Source of the DNA: Botryllus schlosseri
Taxonomy: Eukaryota
Direction of reading: 5' to 3'
Length of the DNA stretch: 64,000 bases
Assembly: GCA_051294905.1 (NCBI GenBank)
Contig: CM119373.1
Coordinates: 4,836,001 to 4,900,000, forward strand
Every line of letters begins with the position of its first letter. Positions within the stretch are counted from its first letter, which is position 1. A model generated the notes under the pieces. The model saw only the letters and a list, made by a program, of their open reading frames with translations, did not search any database and had not been told where the DNA came from. This document shows positions 1 to 10,776 of this stretch, piece by piece. The position numbers and the translations under genes were made by a program.

Positions 1-2988
1 TTGTAAGATACCCCAGAACAATTTCAAAATAAGTTATAATCACTACTACTGGGGGACTTGAGGTTGACTTGTAACGTTCAAGGATATGGGTACAACGGCT
101 TGTATAATATGTATAACACCTAAAACAGCTTACCAACGTCTCGACTGATATGAAAATAGTCATGATCAATAAAATATACAGGATGAAAATAGTCATGATC
201 AATAAACAGGTATGAGGTATGAGATATACAGAAATTATATAGCTGGCATACAGAAATTATATAGCTGGCTTAATGTAACTTATTCACTGTTTGAACAATA
301 TGAATTACGCCAATTGTGTGTCGTAGATATGCATATTTGAACAGGAATATATACCCTTTTCACCAAGGGACTATTATGTACGTTTGGTAGGACGTAACAT
401 GATGACAGTTTGTGATGTGCATGAAATTAGTATCCATACTGATCACAATGACGCTAGGTGGATGCATAAATCACCTAGTCGGTCCTACAAATAAGCTTTT
501 GTTGTTGATGCATAACTGTCATTAATTGTAATAGGGATAGCAAACTTGGTAACACCATCCGACATGTAATTTGCTTGTAACTTCTTTGTCTATGCACATT
601 CTGAATACGAATTCCTACGGAAGTTGGATAGAAGACGTTGCTTCCGCCGCGTTTTGAGTCCAACACTAACTTTCTACCGTAAGCAGGTATCAAGATATGG
701 CAACATTAACTATTTTTGGATCACTCGGCCAAATTGTTATTCCACTGGATGGTGCAGGAACATGAACTTATGTTAGAAGTAGTTCATTCAAGATTGGGGA
801 CCGAATATCAAATGCACTTTTATAAACTGAAATTCCTATTCTTTTTTATTCTTTTTTTTCTATATTTCGAACTAGGTTAACCTCACATTTACTGGCGTTC
901 ACTGCTGAAGACAGCCAGTCGAAAAGCTTCCAGTGGAATAAATTTAACAATATGAACGTATTGTTTGCTGCAATCTTATTCGTATTGTTTGCTGCAATCT
1001 TATTCTTTTGCACGTTACCACCCTACTGTGCATTATGCTTGTAACGATGTTTCTTTGTTTACCGACTATCAGTAATTCGAGTAATCATCCCAATAATATT
1101 TAAATTCATAATTGCACCATCTCAGATTTATATGCAATATCATGTACAAATGAAGTACCCGATTATGAATATAATATATTTTAATTAACATAACTTAGTT
1201 ATCGGATCTTGCGCACCTCCATTTTGGCTAATGAAGATTTCGTGGTTACTATACAAATAAAGTTGCGTATAATTATCACCGATAACATCATTACTTGGAC
1301 ACGTATACATAGTGTAATGAATGTAGCAACTAGTAATGCGGGTAATCAATCAATGATCGGTGGTAGTGTCCTTCGCTAATTAGTAATTACCCTCCGCATT
1401 ACATGATGAAGGTTCAAATAGTGATTTGAAAATTGACATACCAGCTTGTTAACATAACTCAGTAGTAACGATATTTCTGAAGTCTCAGGCACGACTCTAT
1501 CTAACCCAAAATACATGAGCAACGTGTCATATGAAAGCTGTTACCCATTATAATCCAATAAAATTGGTCACGATATCCGTACAAGACTGGAACACGGTTA
1601 AAACATGCGTTGCCGTTTTGTGCGGAACAGGTCATGCACCATTTATAACACATATTATCATCGAGGTTTTAGACAGCTGGCAGTAAAATATCACATGCAA
1701 TACCAATTCAGTGACGTTATAGTCCAATTCAGTGACGTTATATTCTTTCAAAGATTCCATTTTACCTTGGACATTGGACATTCAACCAGTTTTCGAGGTA
1801 ACCAACTATTATTTTACAATGGTCATTGTATTTAAACACTCGTATATGTAACAGCCAGATAACAATATGTCGTACGAGATAGTTGGATAATCGTACTCCG
1901 TCAATGACTAATTATCGGTTAAATAGTCATTTAAGTGGTCTATCCGTCGACACATGACACCTGTAAACACGCTCGCATGTAACACGTTAATGTAAGAGCG
2001 GACACGTACTAGCTATGTATACGCATTCACACTTTCGTAGGCTTGATATAACAACTGGTTGCGCTAAGCCCCAGTCATGCCAACGCCTCTTAACACCGCT
2101 GCTGTCCTGTCATGAGGGCTGGGCACAATGATGCGAGTACGCGAAACTTACGCGAGTATTAATTTAAATTATTTGAGTCGCGTCGTAAAATACGATGTTT
2201 TTCTAGGACTGCAATAATACTATATTCGCCACTGAAAGTGAATATATAAACGAGAAATTGTTTCGAAAGTAACATCCACTGATGAAGCGTTTAACACCTT
2301 GATTGGGCGTATCGTAGCATACGAAACAAAGAGTACAATGCTACGAACGTTACTGGAAATATCACATTTCCAAAGCCTTGGTCATCCTACAACCTTGTCA
2401 CCAAGTGCAATGAAATCGGTCTGGTCGAACATCTACCAGAGTACCTTTAAGGTATTGGATAACAGACATCATATTATTGGTGATCGCATAACAGCAACAT
2501 ATTTGAAATATAACATATTGCAATATGTAGTGACGCCATAATGAGTGATAATCTAAGACTCGACTCGACTCCGTGCATATTACATGAGTCAGAATCTAAT
2601 TACTCACACACTCGATTTTGCCCAGGCCTAGGATGTCATACGTACGCGGCTTCCGATAATGTGCGTAAACTCCACCTTCAACAATTCCAATTGTATACAC
2701 TGGATTACTGGTGTACGAGGTGTCATTGAGGTATTACTACGCAAAGTACATGCATAGCATAGAATAAATTGATAAACGACCAGTAGTAAAATCTCCGCTG
2801 CCCTACCTCCACAGCTCCACTACACACATAACTTGTTCTCCATAACATTTCGTACTGAACCTGAATAGTCATGGTCGCATGCATCCGGCCTCAATATTTG
2901 TTTAGATCGGTGCCGACTATCGAGTACGTGACAAGTATTACACATTAGCTACTCCAGTGCTTTTCAACCTGTGTGACGGTTCGCACTT

Positions 2989-3120
2989 GTGCGAATGAAA
3001 AAAATTGCAGTGCGAATGACGAAGGTGGTGCGAATAGTGCGAATGAAAATCCGGATCAAGTGCGAATGACGAAGGTGGTGCGAATGGTGCGAATGAAAAT
3101 CCGGATCAAGTGCGAATGAA
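2989..3120 (+). repeat. Subterminal GTGCGAATG iterations of the hAT element (also about 21563-21600)
   Basis: About 7 copies of GTGCGAAT(G) visible in 130 bp next to the left TIR; likely transposase-binding motifs. Confidence 0.8.
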
Positions 3121-3977
3121 AATCGTGGTTAATTAATAGTTAACTTTTCTGACATGGAATAATTCAAATAAACCTTATAGGAAATTTAAGGTCAGTGTAA
3201 CAAACGTTTGTAGTTGCGACGCAATTGTAAAACTTAATACGATGCACCACTTATCGTAGCTCTCTCTCACATGCCGTAGTGAATTAATATTACCGTACTA
3301 TAATTATTACGTAACCAAAAGCCTGGTTTGGAAGCTATAGTGTAGTTACAGTATAGAGATCTCTACAATCTCTATAGTGGCAAACATACAGTAGTATATC
3401 AGCCCGTCTGAGCCTGCGACAGGCTGGAAAAATGACTTCAAATTGACTTTCTACTTTCTTTCGCTAAACAATCATCATATCTTCGTAATAACTGTTCGAT
3501 TAGCGCGAGGCACGAGGATAAAATACCATCATTACAGACTCACATTTGCAAGTTACTGTACCGCAAATTTTTGCCGCTTCAAGGTTCATGAAAGTATGTA
3601 CCCCAAATGGTACAATTTTGGGTCGACACGGTGCCAGAGCTATCTGTTAATATGTATGTAATATTTGCTGAATTTATTGCAAAAAATCCTGCGATAATTT
3701 TCACATGTCCAAGGTCACTGTGTTGGGTACCGTAGCCAATAAGCGAGACACGCAGAAAATATGGCTTTATCGTGAGAAGTCATGATAAGATTTATCCGAC
3801 TGTTTTGTCTGGAAAACATTGTCGAAGACCGTTGGGATGAACTAGTGTAGGCCTGTAGGGGTGTGCAACGAGCGAGTTCAGGCCTATGAGATTCATTCAT
3901 TTCGAGTCCAAATCCTTCTGCGTCGGGGCACATGAAGACGTAAAGTTTTGGCGAACAAACCGCTGATAAAATGCGGT

Positions 3978-4320
3978 AGTAGTATATAGTTTGTGCTCGA
4001 CGTGCGCATGCAAGGAATATAATAAACATACAAGAATTATCAATATAAAAGATACTGAAAGAAATACCTCATTCTCATTTTTGCAGCAATACTTTTATGA
4101 CCTTGCGTGCGGCAATCAGAAAAGGGGGGATTGACTGAGAGAAAACGAACAAAGAATCTGGATTGACCTTTGTACTCAGACTGGAGTACTTCTACTTGTA
4201 CTTTTCCACTCCTGATTCTACCTCGCCTGACCTCTGGTACACGAGACTTGTGTATTTGATATATATTATATTTTCCCGCGAATAACAATGGATTGACTTT
4301 TAATTTCAATGGTGTGCACG
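3978..4320 (+). repeat. Polinton left TIR (weaker homology continues to about 4560)
   Basis: Imperfect reverse complement of about 20053-20388. Confidence 0.9.
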
Positions 4321-4553
4321 CCGACGAATCGGTATAGTTCTCCTGTCTTGACTTGTCGTTCCGCGGTGGGTTGATTAATCCAATTGCGTGTGAACACGAT
4401 AGGATTTGGGAATATTTGCCCGTCAAACATGACGTCAGTATAGTATTTGTTCCTCCGGGTCCGTATGGGAGACCCCGGATCGTGTTTTAGGTGGATTGTC
4501 AATGCGTTCGGCCAGACGAAACGATGCAAGGTAACGATTCTGGTCTGCGTCAT
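4266..4553 (-). CDS. Small hypothetical protein (95 aa) overlapping the inner TIR
   Basis: ATG-started ORF downstream of the protease gene; a disrupted homolog (MTQPVGVTLHRQT*) lies at the inner right TIR, about 19834 onward on +. Confidence 0.35.
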   Translation of the reverse strand: MTQTRIVTLHRFVWPNALTIHLKHDPGSPIRTRRNKYYTDVMFDGQIFPNPIVFTRNWINQPTAERQVKTGELYRFVGVHTIEIKSQSIVIRGKI

Positions 4554-4705
4554 ACTGTCGTAGTTGACCTCTTTTTGCTCCCTGGATAGTAGCGAGTATG
4601 ATCTTTATGATGCCAACGACTCCCGAACGCTCGTAAAAAGACTATAACGTATGCTGTACAAGGTTTATTGAACATACACAATCTGAAAATACAAGTCACG
4701 AGTGT

Positions 4706-5212
4706 TCACAAAGTAGATTTTTCTTTGTTTACAAAATCAAAAACGAGGCGATCATTCACACGTTTATCAGAACCAAAAGCATCTAAATAATCGGGGGTAC
4801 CTACACCTTGACCCTTTCTAATCAGGAAGGCGATACAATGTTCACCACACACAAACGAACGCAAAGACTGTAATTGCACACTAGTGAAGGTATAATCGTC
4901 CGCGCCCAATAACTTATAGATCTCCTTCTTCAGAGGCGGAATCCCGAAAGAGTCGTGAAAGTGCGTGCCATCTTGATCGGCGAAGATACAGATCCAATGC
5001 GAGCCGCCCTTCGCGTTAGGGTCGTAATTGATAACGACTGCGTACGGCTTAAGTAGCTTTGCTGGTAATAAATCGATAGCGAAAGTCCCGGCAAATAAAT
5101 CTCGCGTGTCGCGATGATTGAATAAAATATGATTAATTTGGTCGGTGTTCATACGGACACTACTTCGCGCTTCTCTGAGATCTCCAAAAGTTGTTGGTAT
5201 TCTTTGAGACAC
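4706..5212 (-). CDS. Adenain-like cysteine maturation protease (PRO)
   Basis: Motifs INYDPNAKGGSHWICIF (His), HFHDSFG (Asp), QLQSLRSFVCGEHC (Gln/Cys). Confidence 0.95.
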   Translation of the reverse strand: MSQRIPTTFGDLREARSSVRMNTDQINHILFNHRDTRDLFAGTFAIDLLPAKLLKPYAVVINYDPNAKGGSHWICIFADQDGTHFHDSFGIPPLKKEIYKLLGADDYTFTSVQLQSLRSFVCGEHCIAFLIRKGQGVGTPDYLDAFGSDKRVNDRLVFDFVNKEKSTL

Positions 5213-6423
5213 AGTAGAGTCGCTCCTTCCGGCAACCCCGCGGTCAGGGTCATGTGAAGCTTCACGGACCCGGTCTTCTCGAGTTGAAAGCAGCCTTGAT
5301 GCGTACGGTCTGGGGTCAAATCGAACGCAAACAAAGTGTATCCCGCCTTATAATTCTCAGAGTCGATAAAAAGATCTTCCTGAGCATCCCACTTCCCGGT
5401 GGATTGGTAGACGCTGAAAAACCCCTCGAGGTTTGTGTTTTTATCAAAATCGAATCTGAAATTACGCCCGTACAAAAGCTTCCCGTTCACGTTGATAGCC
5501 AGATTTCCGACGTGATAGTGACAGAAATTAAAGGGGTTCCGAGTCTTACTACCGTTATAGGCAGCTGTCGGGACCAGACCAATCACGATTCGTCGAGGCA
5601 TGACCCCAGAAATCAGCGTTTTCTCAATGGAGGTATCACCCGCTCCAAAAGAGTGATTACTCATTTCGAGCTTTATAATAGGGTATTTCGCCGTGTGCGT
5701 ACGAAGCATCGTTTTGTGTGCCAAACTGACAGAGTCTGAAACTTGAATTTGCTTGACGTGCAATTCCACTTTTTTCAATACGATTTTCGAGTCGGCAGAC
5801 CCGAGGAGACAGAAATCGTCATCGTTACGGATTAATCGCAACGACAGATCCACGTTATCCAGTAAATATCTGTCCTGATCGAATAAACCGAGCGGTATCT
5901 TGCCGATGACCTCGAGCGTTGCACTGTCAGCGGTCAGGGCTTTACGTGCCGTGAAGCCGACGTTGTCTGCCGTGAAAGTATCCTGGTGTTTCATCGTATC
6001 CGGGATCCAGCCGATACATTTCAGATAGGTTTCGCCGGCCGCGCGAGAGCTATTTAGTAGATGGAAAATGAAGCTTTTGTAGGCGTGGTTGTTGTCCGAT
6101 GTGGTGATCAGCTTCGAACCCAGATACAGATCGATCTGCTTGAATAAGGCGTCGAATATATCCGACACGACAGCGACGTTGTCTCCCCCGATCGTGGTGC
6201 AATCTTTTTTGGTGACTTGCAGGTGTATTTTCATAAACGAGCTGGACAAATCCAAGTAATGATCGCTACCTTTCACGTTAATCTCAATGACATCGCCCAA
6301 TTTATCCGGTGTGGCGATCAACGTACTGGTGTCGGCGACCGCCGTTTGCGTCGGTGGTACCGTGAAAATATCTAATCCGCTGTTGAGGCACTCGGCCGAA
6401 TTTTCGTGCATCAATTTAGCCAT
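5149..6423 (-). CDS. Double jelly-roll major capsid protein (Polinton PY / hexon-like), 424 aa
   Basis: N-terminal ECLNSGLDIFTVPPTQTAV, MPRRIVIGLV, AYNGSKTRNPFNFCHY, GYTLFAFDLTPD motifs typical of Polinton MCP. Confidence 0.95.
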   Translation of the reverse strand: MAKLMHENSAECLNSGLDIFTVPPTQTAVADTSTLIATPDKLGDVIEINVKGSDHYLDLSSSFMKIHLQVTKKDCTTIGGDNVAVVSDIFDALFKQIDLYLGSKLITTSDNNHAYKSFIFHLLNSSRAAGETYLKCIGWIPDTMKHQDTFTADNVGFTARKALTADSATLEVIGKIPLGLFDQDRYLLDNVDLSLRLIRNDDDFCLLGSADSKIVLKKVELHVKQIQVSDSVSLAHKTMLRTHTAKYPIIKLEMSNHSFGAGDTSIEKTLISGVMPRRIVIGLVPTAAYNGSKTRNPFNFCHYHVGNLAINVNGKLLYGRNFRFDFDKNTNLEGFFSVYQSTGKWDAQEDLFIDSENYKAGYTLFAFDLTPDRTHQGCFQLEKTGSVKLHMTLTAGLPEGATLLCLKEYQQLLEISEKREVVSV

Positions 6424-6814
6424 CGAATATATCTCTCCGTCTACGTTTCTTGTTTGACGAAGTACCTCCCCGCGCGCCCTTTTTAAGCTTTTTCGTGGCT
6501 TTTCGTTTACGACCCCCGATCGCGGTATCGAGAAGCTGTAGACCTCCTTCTTTACTCCGTGATATAGCAGATTGCTTGAACGAGCGCCCGGCCACCAAAT
6601 CTTTCGCGATATTCGACCCGGTACGGAGGATTTGTTTCCCCAGTATCTTGGAGCCTTTTGACACTAGAGGTAAGACCGCCCGGCCTATGGTTCGAAAAAT
6701 CGACGCGAGTCCGCTACCGCTTTGCCTGGACCCCCGGTAAAACCCGTAATTCCCAGCTCCGGTCTGATAGTGGTGCAATACGGCTTCTCGGTCACAACAA
6801 TAGTGCACTTTCAT
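6416..6814 (-). CDS. PZ-like basic core protein, 132 aa
   Basis: HYQTGAG..FYRGSRQSGSGLASIFRTIGRAVLPLV motif and K/R-rich C-terminus; directly upstream of MCP. Confidence 0.8.
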   Translation of the reverse strand: MKVHYCCDREAVLHHYQTGAGNYGFYRGSRQSGSGLASIFRTIGRAVLPLVSKGSKILGKQILRTGSNIAKDLVAGRSFKQSAISRSKEGGLQLLDTAIGGRKRKATKKLKKGARGGTSSNKKRRRRDIFDG

Positions 6815-7176
6815 AACGACACCCTGAGATGTATCGTGAGGTCCAAACCCGAGATGTCCAATAATTCACCATACTCGTCCCTTATATAGATGTAGAAATA
6901 CTCGAAACGGTCGAGTCTGACTTTGGCGTAGTATCGATTTTGAAATATATGGTTTTGTCGCTCCCCCTCGTGTAGAGCAACGACTCTTAGCAACGGGACC
7001 AAAGCGTCACCCACCGGCGTCGACTCGATGTCATTACAGTAGATAAAAGCGTAGAGGCTTTCGCACGACTCACGAACAAAGTTTATCTCCATAAGAGCAA
7101 TCTCAAGACCTTTACAATCCATTCCGTGGGGTAGGGTAAATACGGGCTCGTCACCGGTCAGTGTTTGGAACGTCAT
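6811..7176 (-). CDS. Minor capsid (penton-like) paralog 3, minimal 121-aa form
   Basis: EIALMEINF, FIYCNDIESTPVGDALVPLLRVV, IYIRDEYGE...LTIHLR penton motifs with no central insert. Confidence 0.82.
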   Translation of the reverse strand: MTFQTLTGDEPVFTLPHGMDCKGLEIALMEINFVRESCESLYAFIYCNDIESTPVGDALVPLLRVVALHEGERQNHIFQNRYYAKVRLDRFEYFYIYIRDEYGELLDISGLDLTIHLRVSL

Positions 7177-7930
7177 CTCGTAAGTGAAGGGTCAATTCAA
7201 TGTCACCACATTTAAGTTCTTTTCCAAGAGAATCTCTTATGCTGATGCGTACGCTACGGAAGCTGTTGGCATCGGCGGGTAGGTAAAACGGTTTCCTGAA
7301 TGATACGTGCTGTCGTTTCATTTCCGGTACCGTAACGGGGATGATTCGTAGCAGTCTGGATATATAATCACCTACCGGGAGATGGCGCACGCAATCGCAA
7401 TATATAAATAAATACTGAGATTTTACTATCGACGGGATATACCACACATTGAATTCAATGTGCTCAACCTCGCGTAATGAGATCGGAACCTCTCCCTCCT
7501 CCGCGATGATGTCGTCAATATCGTATCTCTGATGCTCGTGTATGAGACGGTAGTTACCGAAATTCGCGTAAGGACCGAGCGTAGATGTGAGCAGAGAAGA
7601 ATTCGGTGGGAATCCCTCGCATACCAATCGATTCTGGCTGGGTGTAAAGTACCAGTGATAGCCGTTCACGAGTTCCTCGCTAATTCTTTGCATTAATTGA
7701 TCGACATTATCGAAATCTCCGGTGGGTAACTCATACACTTCGGTGACGTCTTTGACAATCGTATTCCAGAAGCTCATGGCCGGGGTGGGTTCTGTGATTA
7801 CAATTCTTTCTTGAAAATCGTGGTTGAAACTAATTTCACGGAGAGCGATCTGTTTACCCTCCGATTCGATTTCAACCGGTAATTCAACCGTGAAATCGGG
7901 TCCGCTTCCGAATATCGTGATATAGCTCAT
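7151..7930 (-). CDS. Minor capsid (penton-like) paralog 2, 259 aa
   Basis: IALREISF ... FIYCDCVRHLPVGDYISRLLRIIPV ... ISIRDSLGK ... LTLHLR. Confidence 0.88.
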   Translation of the reverse strand: MSYITIFGSGPDFTVELPVEIESEGKQIALREISFNHDFQERIVITEPTPAMSFWNTIVKDVTEVYELPTGDFDNVDQLMQRISEELVNGYHWYFTPSQNRLVCEGFPPNSSLLTSTLGPYANFGNYRLIHEHQRYDIDDIIAEEGEVPISLREVEHIEFNVWYIPSIVKSQYLFIYCDCVRHLPVGDYISRLLRIIPVTVPEMKRQHVSFRKPFYLPADANSFRSVRISIRDSLGKELKCGDIELTLHLRDDVPNTDR

Positions 7931-8730
7931 AACGCTTTGACGGCTCCTCGACGGATCAGTAAAGTCACTGTAACGGGAGCTGTTTTAAACGCGACAGGGT
8001 TATTGTTCTTGTCACGAAGATATACTCGTATATTTCGAATATTACTCTTGGCCAGGGGAAAAAAGTAAGGTTTATCATAGACACAGTGCTGTATTTTTCC
8101 TTCTTGCGCGGTGACCGGAACGCTTCGAAGGAGAGGTACTAGCTCGCTGCCGAATACACGAGGTCTGATCAGATCGGTGTATATATAAATGGTGTCTACA
8201 TCTTTCACAATGGTTTTCGGTCTGATTAAGAACTCTATTGGTTTTTGTTTCTTCAAAACATGATGTTCCACTGTAAAATAACGCGGAAACGTGTCCTCGA
8301 TGCTGGTGAGACGCGGACCCGCACCACTGATTTTTTTGACCCGTATCAAGGGCTCGTCGGCCTGTGGAAATCGACTCTTGAGATACCTAAAGCTCAAGCC
8401 GAACACGCCACCGGTATATTGCTTGATTGTAATTTCTTTCTCGTATCGCAAGCGAAACTGTTCCAACAGATCCGGGACACTACGATACTTGCCGGGCGGT
8501 ATGTAATACACGTGACGATGCCCGCTGTCAGAAAATTCGATACCCGCACGCTTGTGGTCTACCGTGAACGTGGGCTGGAAGCTCACTGGGAACATGATCT
8601 CGGCAAGCGATGCCTCATATCTTTCTGTATCATATTTTAACTCGGAGAATAGTTGGGTTACAAAATCGTTCGCGGTGTTAGCCTTAAAAACGCTCATTGA
8701 AGAATTACTCGGTAAAACCAGAAGAGTCAT
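7927..8730 (-). CDS. Minor capsid protein (PX/penton) paralog 1, 267 aa
   Basis: LVLPSNSSM..F..NTANDF, YEASLAEIMFP, YIYTDLIRP..G..VPLLRSVPV, LRDKNNNPVAF: canonical Polinton mCP motifs. Confidence 0.92.
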   Translation of the reverse strand: MTLLVLPSNSSMSVFKANTANDFVTQLFSELKYDTERYEASLAEIMFPVSFQPTFTVDHKRAGIEFSDSGHRHVYYIPPGKYRSVPDLLEQFRLRYEKEITIKQYTGGVFGLSFRYLKSRFPQADEPLIRVKKISGAGPRLTSIEDTFPRYFTVEHHVLKKQKPIEFLIRPKTIVKDVDTIYIYTDLIRPRVFGSELVPLLRSVPVTAQEGKIQHCVYDKPYFFPLAKSNIRNIRVYLRDKNNNPVAFKTAPVTVTLLIRRGAVKAL

Positions 8731-8902
8731 CCTCGTCGGCGGTTTGGAGAGACAGTACCCTAGTTAGCGAGGATAGATCCGTCTGGGTTTCGGTGAATAA
8801 GTTATACACAGTTGCCCCCACGATAAAAAACAGTATCGCGAGCTGTAGAACCCCCAAAGGTATCCGTAACGTACCCCGCTGCGATAAATCCATGATTACC
8901 AC
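8705..8902 (-). CDS. Small putative single-pass membrane protein, 65 aa
   Basis: Hydrophobic stretch LGVLQLAILFFIVGATVYNLF and acidic tail; fills the gap between INT and mCP1. Confidence 0.55.
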   Translation of the reverse strand: MVIMDLSQRGTLRIPLGVLQLAILFFIVGATVYNLFTETQTDLSSLTRVLSLQTADEDDSSGFTE

Positions 8903-8923
8903 GGTCGAGTTGTCGTGTCTGTT

Positions 8924-9928
8924 TTATACAAAACCGTCAACGTAAGAGTCCATCGATTTTGGATAACCCTCCCAGCGCACTAGATATCTCCGCTTGCGCC
9001 CCCTCCCGATCACTTTCTGTATCGATTCGACGCGATAGACATCGTCTTTTTTATCGATGGCTTGTAATTCACTTTCGTAGAACGTTCCACTAATTACGTC
9101 CCCGTTATAATCTCGGATGGTGTACGTAGCGGGGCTTCCCCATTTCCGTGTGTGTACGTAAAATATCTCGCGAGTCCAAGACCCCGCTGTCCCTTTTGCA
9201 AACGTGGCACGTCGGGTGGTAATTCTCACTGGTTGATCGACGGGTAGCTTGGGTGACACCGGAGGTCCGGTTCCGTTGTATAGTCTATCGAACACCAGAG
9301 ACGCGTTGCTATTGGTAACCTCCGACGGTCGCATTAAAATCGCGGTGTGATACGTTTGGTTATAGCTCTCTGCGATATCTCCCAGCACGTCGATGTAGCG
9401 ATGTGTGCGGTTCTTGACAAAGTAGCGATTCAATATATTGCGGGTCGTACGAATTACACGCTCTACGACGCTAGCCTTAGTATCGCTGTTGGTAAAAAAG
9501 TGCTTGACGTGGTTGTCTCTAAAAAACCTCTGTATAACCGACCCCGTGAATTCTTTCCCGGCATCAGTCTGAACGACGTGTGGCCTCTTATGAGCGAATA
9601 CCTGGTTGAAGCCCTCGATCATATCTATCGGACGCTTTCGCTTCGTGGCGTGTAAAAACATATATTTCGAAAAACAACAAATTGACACCAACACATAACG
9701 ATAGCCATCATTGCTACTAGAAATATTAGACAAGTCCATGAGGTCACTCTGGATCTGAATAAATGGCCCGCCGACGATCGTCTTCTGTCGCTGAAATTTG
9801 CCGGTATACGGATAGAACAGGGTGTAGCTATCCTCTTGTTTCAAATCCTTCTTGTCGGGGTGCAAGTATTTACCGCGATAGCTCGCCGGGGCTTTGATGT
9901 CAAAATATTTATCCTTACTAGTCATCAT
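8924..9928 (-). CDS. int: Retroviral-like DDE integrase with C-terminal chromodomain
   Basis: QIQSDLMDL (D), VQTDAGKEF (D), KASVVERVIRT (E), YNQTYHTAI, WTREIF, and chromodomain RYLVRWEGYPKSMDSYV. Confidence 0.96.
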   Translation of the reverse strand: MMTSKDKYFDIKAPASYRGKYLHPDKKDLKQEDSYTLFYPYTGKFQRQKTIVGGPFIQIQSDLMDLSNISSSNDGYRYVLVSICCFSKYMFLHATKRKRPIDMIEGFNQVFAHKRPHVVQTDAGKEFTGSVIQRFFRDNHVKHFFTNSDTKASVVERVIRTTRNILNRYFVKNRTHRYIDVLGDIAESYNQTYHTAILMRPSEVTNSNASLVFDRLYNGTGPPVSPKLPVDQPVRITTRRATFAKGTAGSWTREIFYVHTRKWGSPATYTIRDYNGDVISGTFYESELQAIDKKDDVYRVESIQKVIGRGRKRRYLVRWEGYPKSMDSYVDGFV

Positions 9929-10367
9929 CGTAGGCCGTCCACGACCCGTAGAGCTGGGGCGGCTTCCTGTTAGCTCGCCGGCTACGTTTGATGATCTCTT
10001 GTAGTGGCGGTGATCTTTTGGCTATCTTGCTTGTGGTGGGGGTACTTGGAGACGACGGGGCTTTCGGTGTTACTTTCGAGGTGACCCGACCCGGCTTCAC
10101 TTCGTGCAGTAATTCACGGAGAGTGGCTATCTGATCGTTCGTGAACCCGTTGGAGGTGTCGGTCATCTTCATCTGAAGAGGCTTGTCGATCTGACCCCGT
10201 TGACTTTTATACTTTGAGATGGCAGAGTTATACAAGGACAATTTCTTGTCGGCCGAAACGTCCATAGTCAAAATCGCGCTGATCGATCGGTCCAACTCGG
10301 AGTTCAAATCAGTCGCGTTAGAGGGGGCTAGAGGGTTAGGTGATATAACCACTTTTTTGAAATTCAT
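9918..10367 (-). CDS. Hypothetical protein, 149 aa (helical N-terminus, S/T/P/K-rich C-terminus)
   Basis: Coupled to both neighbours (ATGA overlap with the PW-like gene); MDVSADKKLSLYNSAISKY resembles the ORF often found upstream of Polinton INT. Confidence 0.7.
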   Translation of the reverse strand: MNFKKVVISPNPLAPSNATDLNSELDRSISAILTMDVSADKKLSLYNSAISKYKSQRGQIDKPLQMKMTDTSNGFTNDQIATLRELLHEVKPGRVTSKVTPKAPSSPSTPTTSKIAKRSPPLQEIIKRSRRANRKPPQLYGSWTAYDDD

Positions 10368-10738
10368 TTTTTACCAAAAACAGATTTCAGCAACGATGCC
10401 GCCAATGGCAGGATTGATAAGATACCGCTAATAAAACCGCCTCGTTGGGTGTTGGCGTGTAATACACGCCTCTTGGTCTTCAAGCTCACCTTTTTACTTG
10501 TCAGCTTTCGAATTTTGTCTTTATGCGGGTGTAAATTTTGTATATGGCGTTTTGACAGTCGCAGATTGCCGTTCAAAACATTCACACAGACTTCACAAAA
10601 TGCCTTCACCAAACCGGAAGAGCTTCCCAATAATATATCCTTCCTTACCGCGGGCGACGCCTTGGACAGAAATTTCAAAGTCTCGCCGTGCTTCTTAATA
10701 TAACAGTGACGTTTCGGCAGCGATTTGGTCCGAGCCAT
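10364..10738 (-). CDS. PW-like basic protein, 124 aa
   Basis: CEVCVNVLNGNL..., KVSLKTKRRVL..QRGGFISGILSILPLAASLL: basic body, protease-site-like QRGG|F and amphipathic tail. Confidence 0.85.
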   Translation of the reverse strand: MARTKSLPKRHCYIKKHGETLKFLSKASPAVRKDILLGSSSGLVKAFCEVCVNVLNGNLRLSKRHIQNLHPHKDKIRKLTSKKVSLKTKRRVLHANTQRGGFISGILSILPLAASLLKSVFGKK

Positions 10739-10776
10739 TATGAATATAGTGTCAAAAGTGTCGGCACTTTCGCTAT

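Noticed and set aside
1-2950. Short ORFs at 475-693, 1605-1835, 2299-2541 and 2541-2729
   Set aside because: No recognisable domains or consistent exon structure; compatible with chance ORFs.
4040-4426. 128-aa ORF, plus ORFs at 3715-4029 and 19933-20417
   Set aside because: They lie in or across the Polinton TIRs and the insertion junction, with no recognisable motifs.
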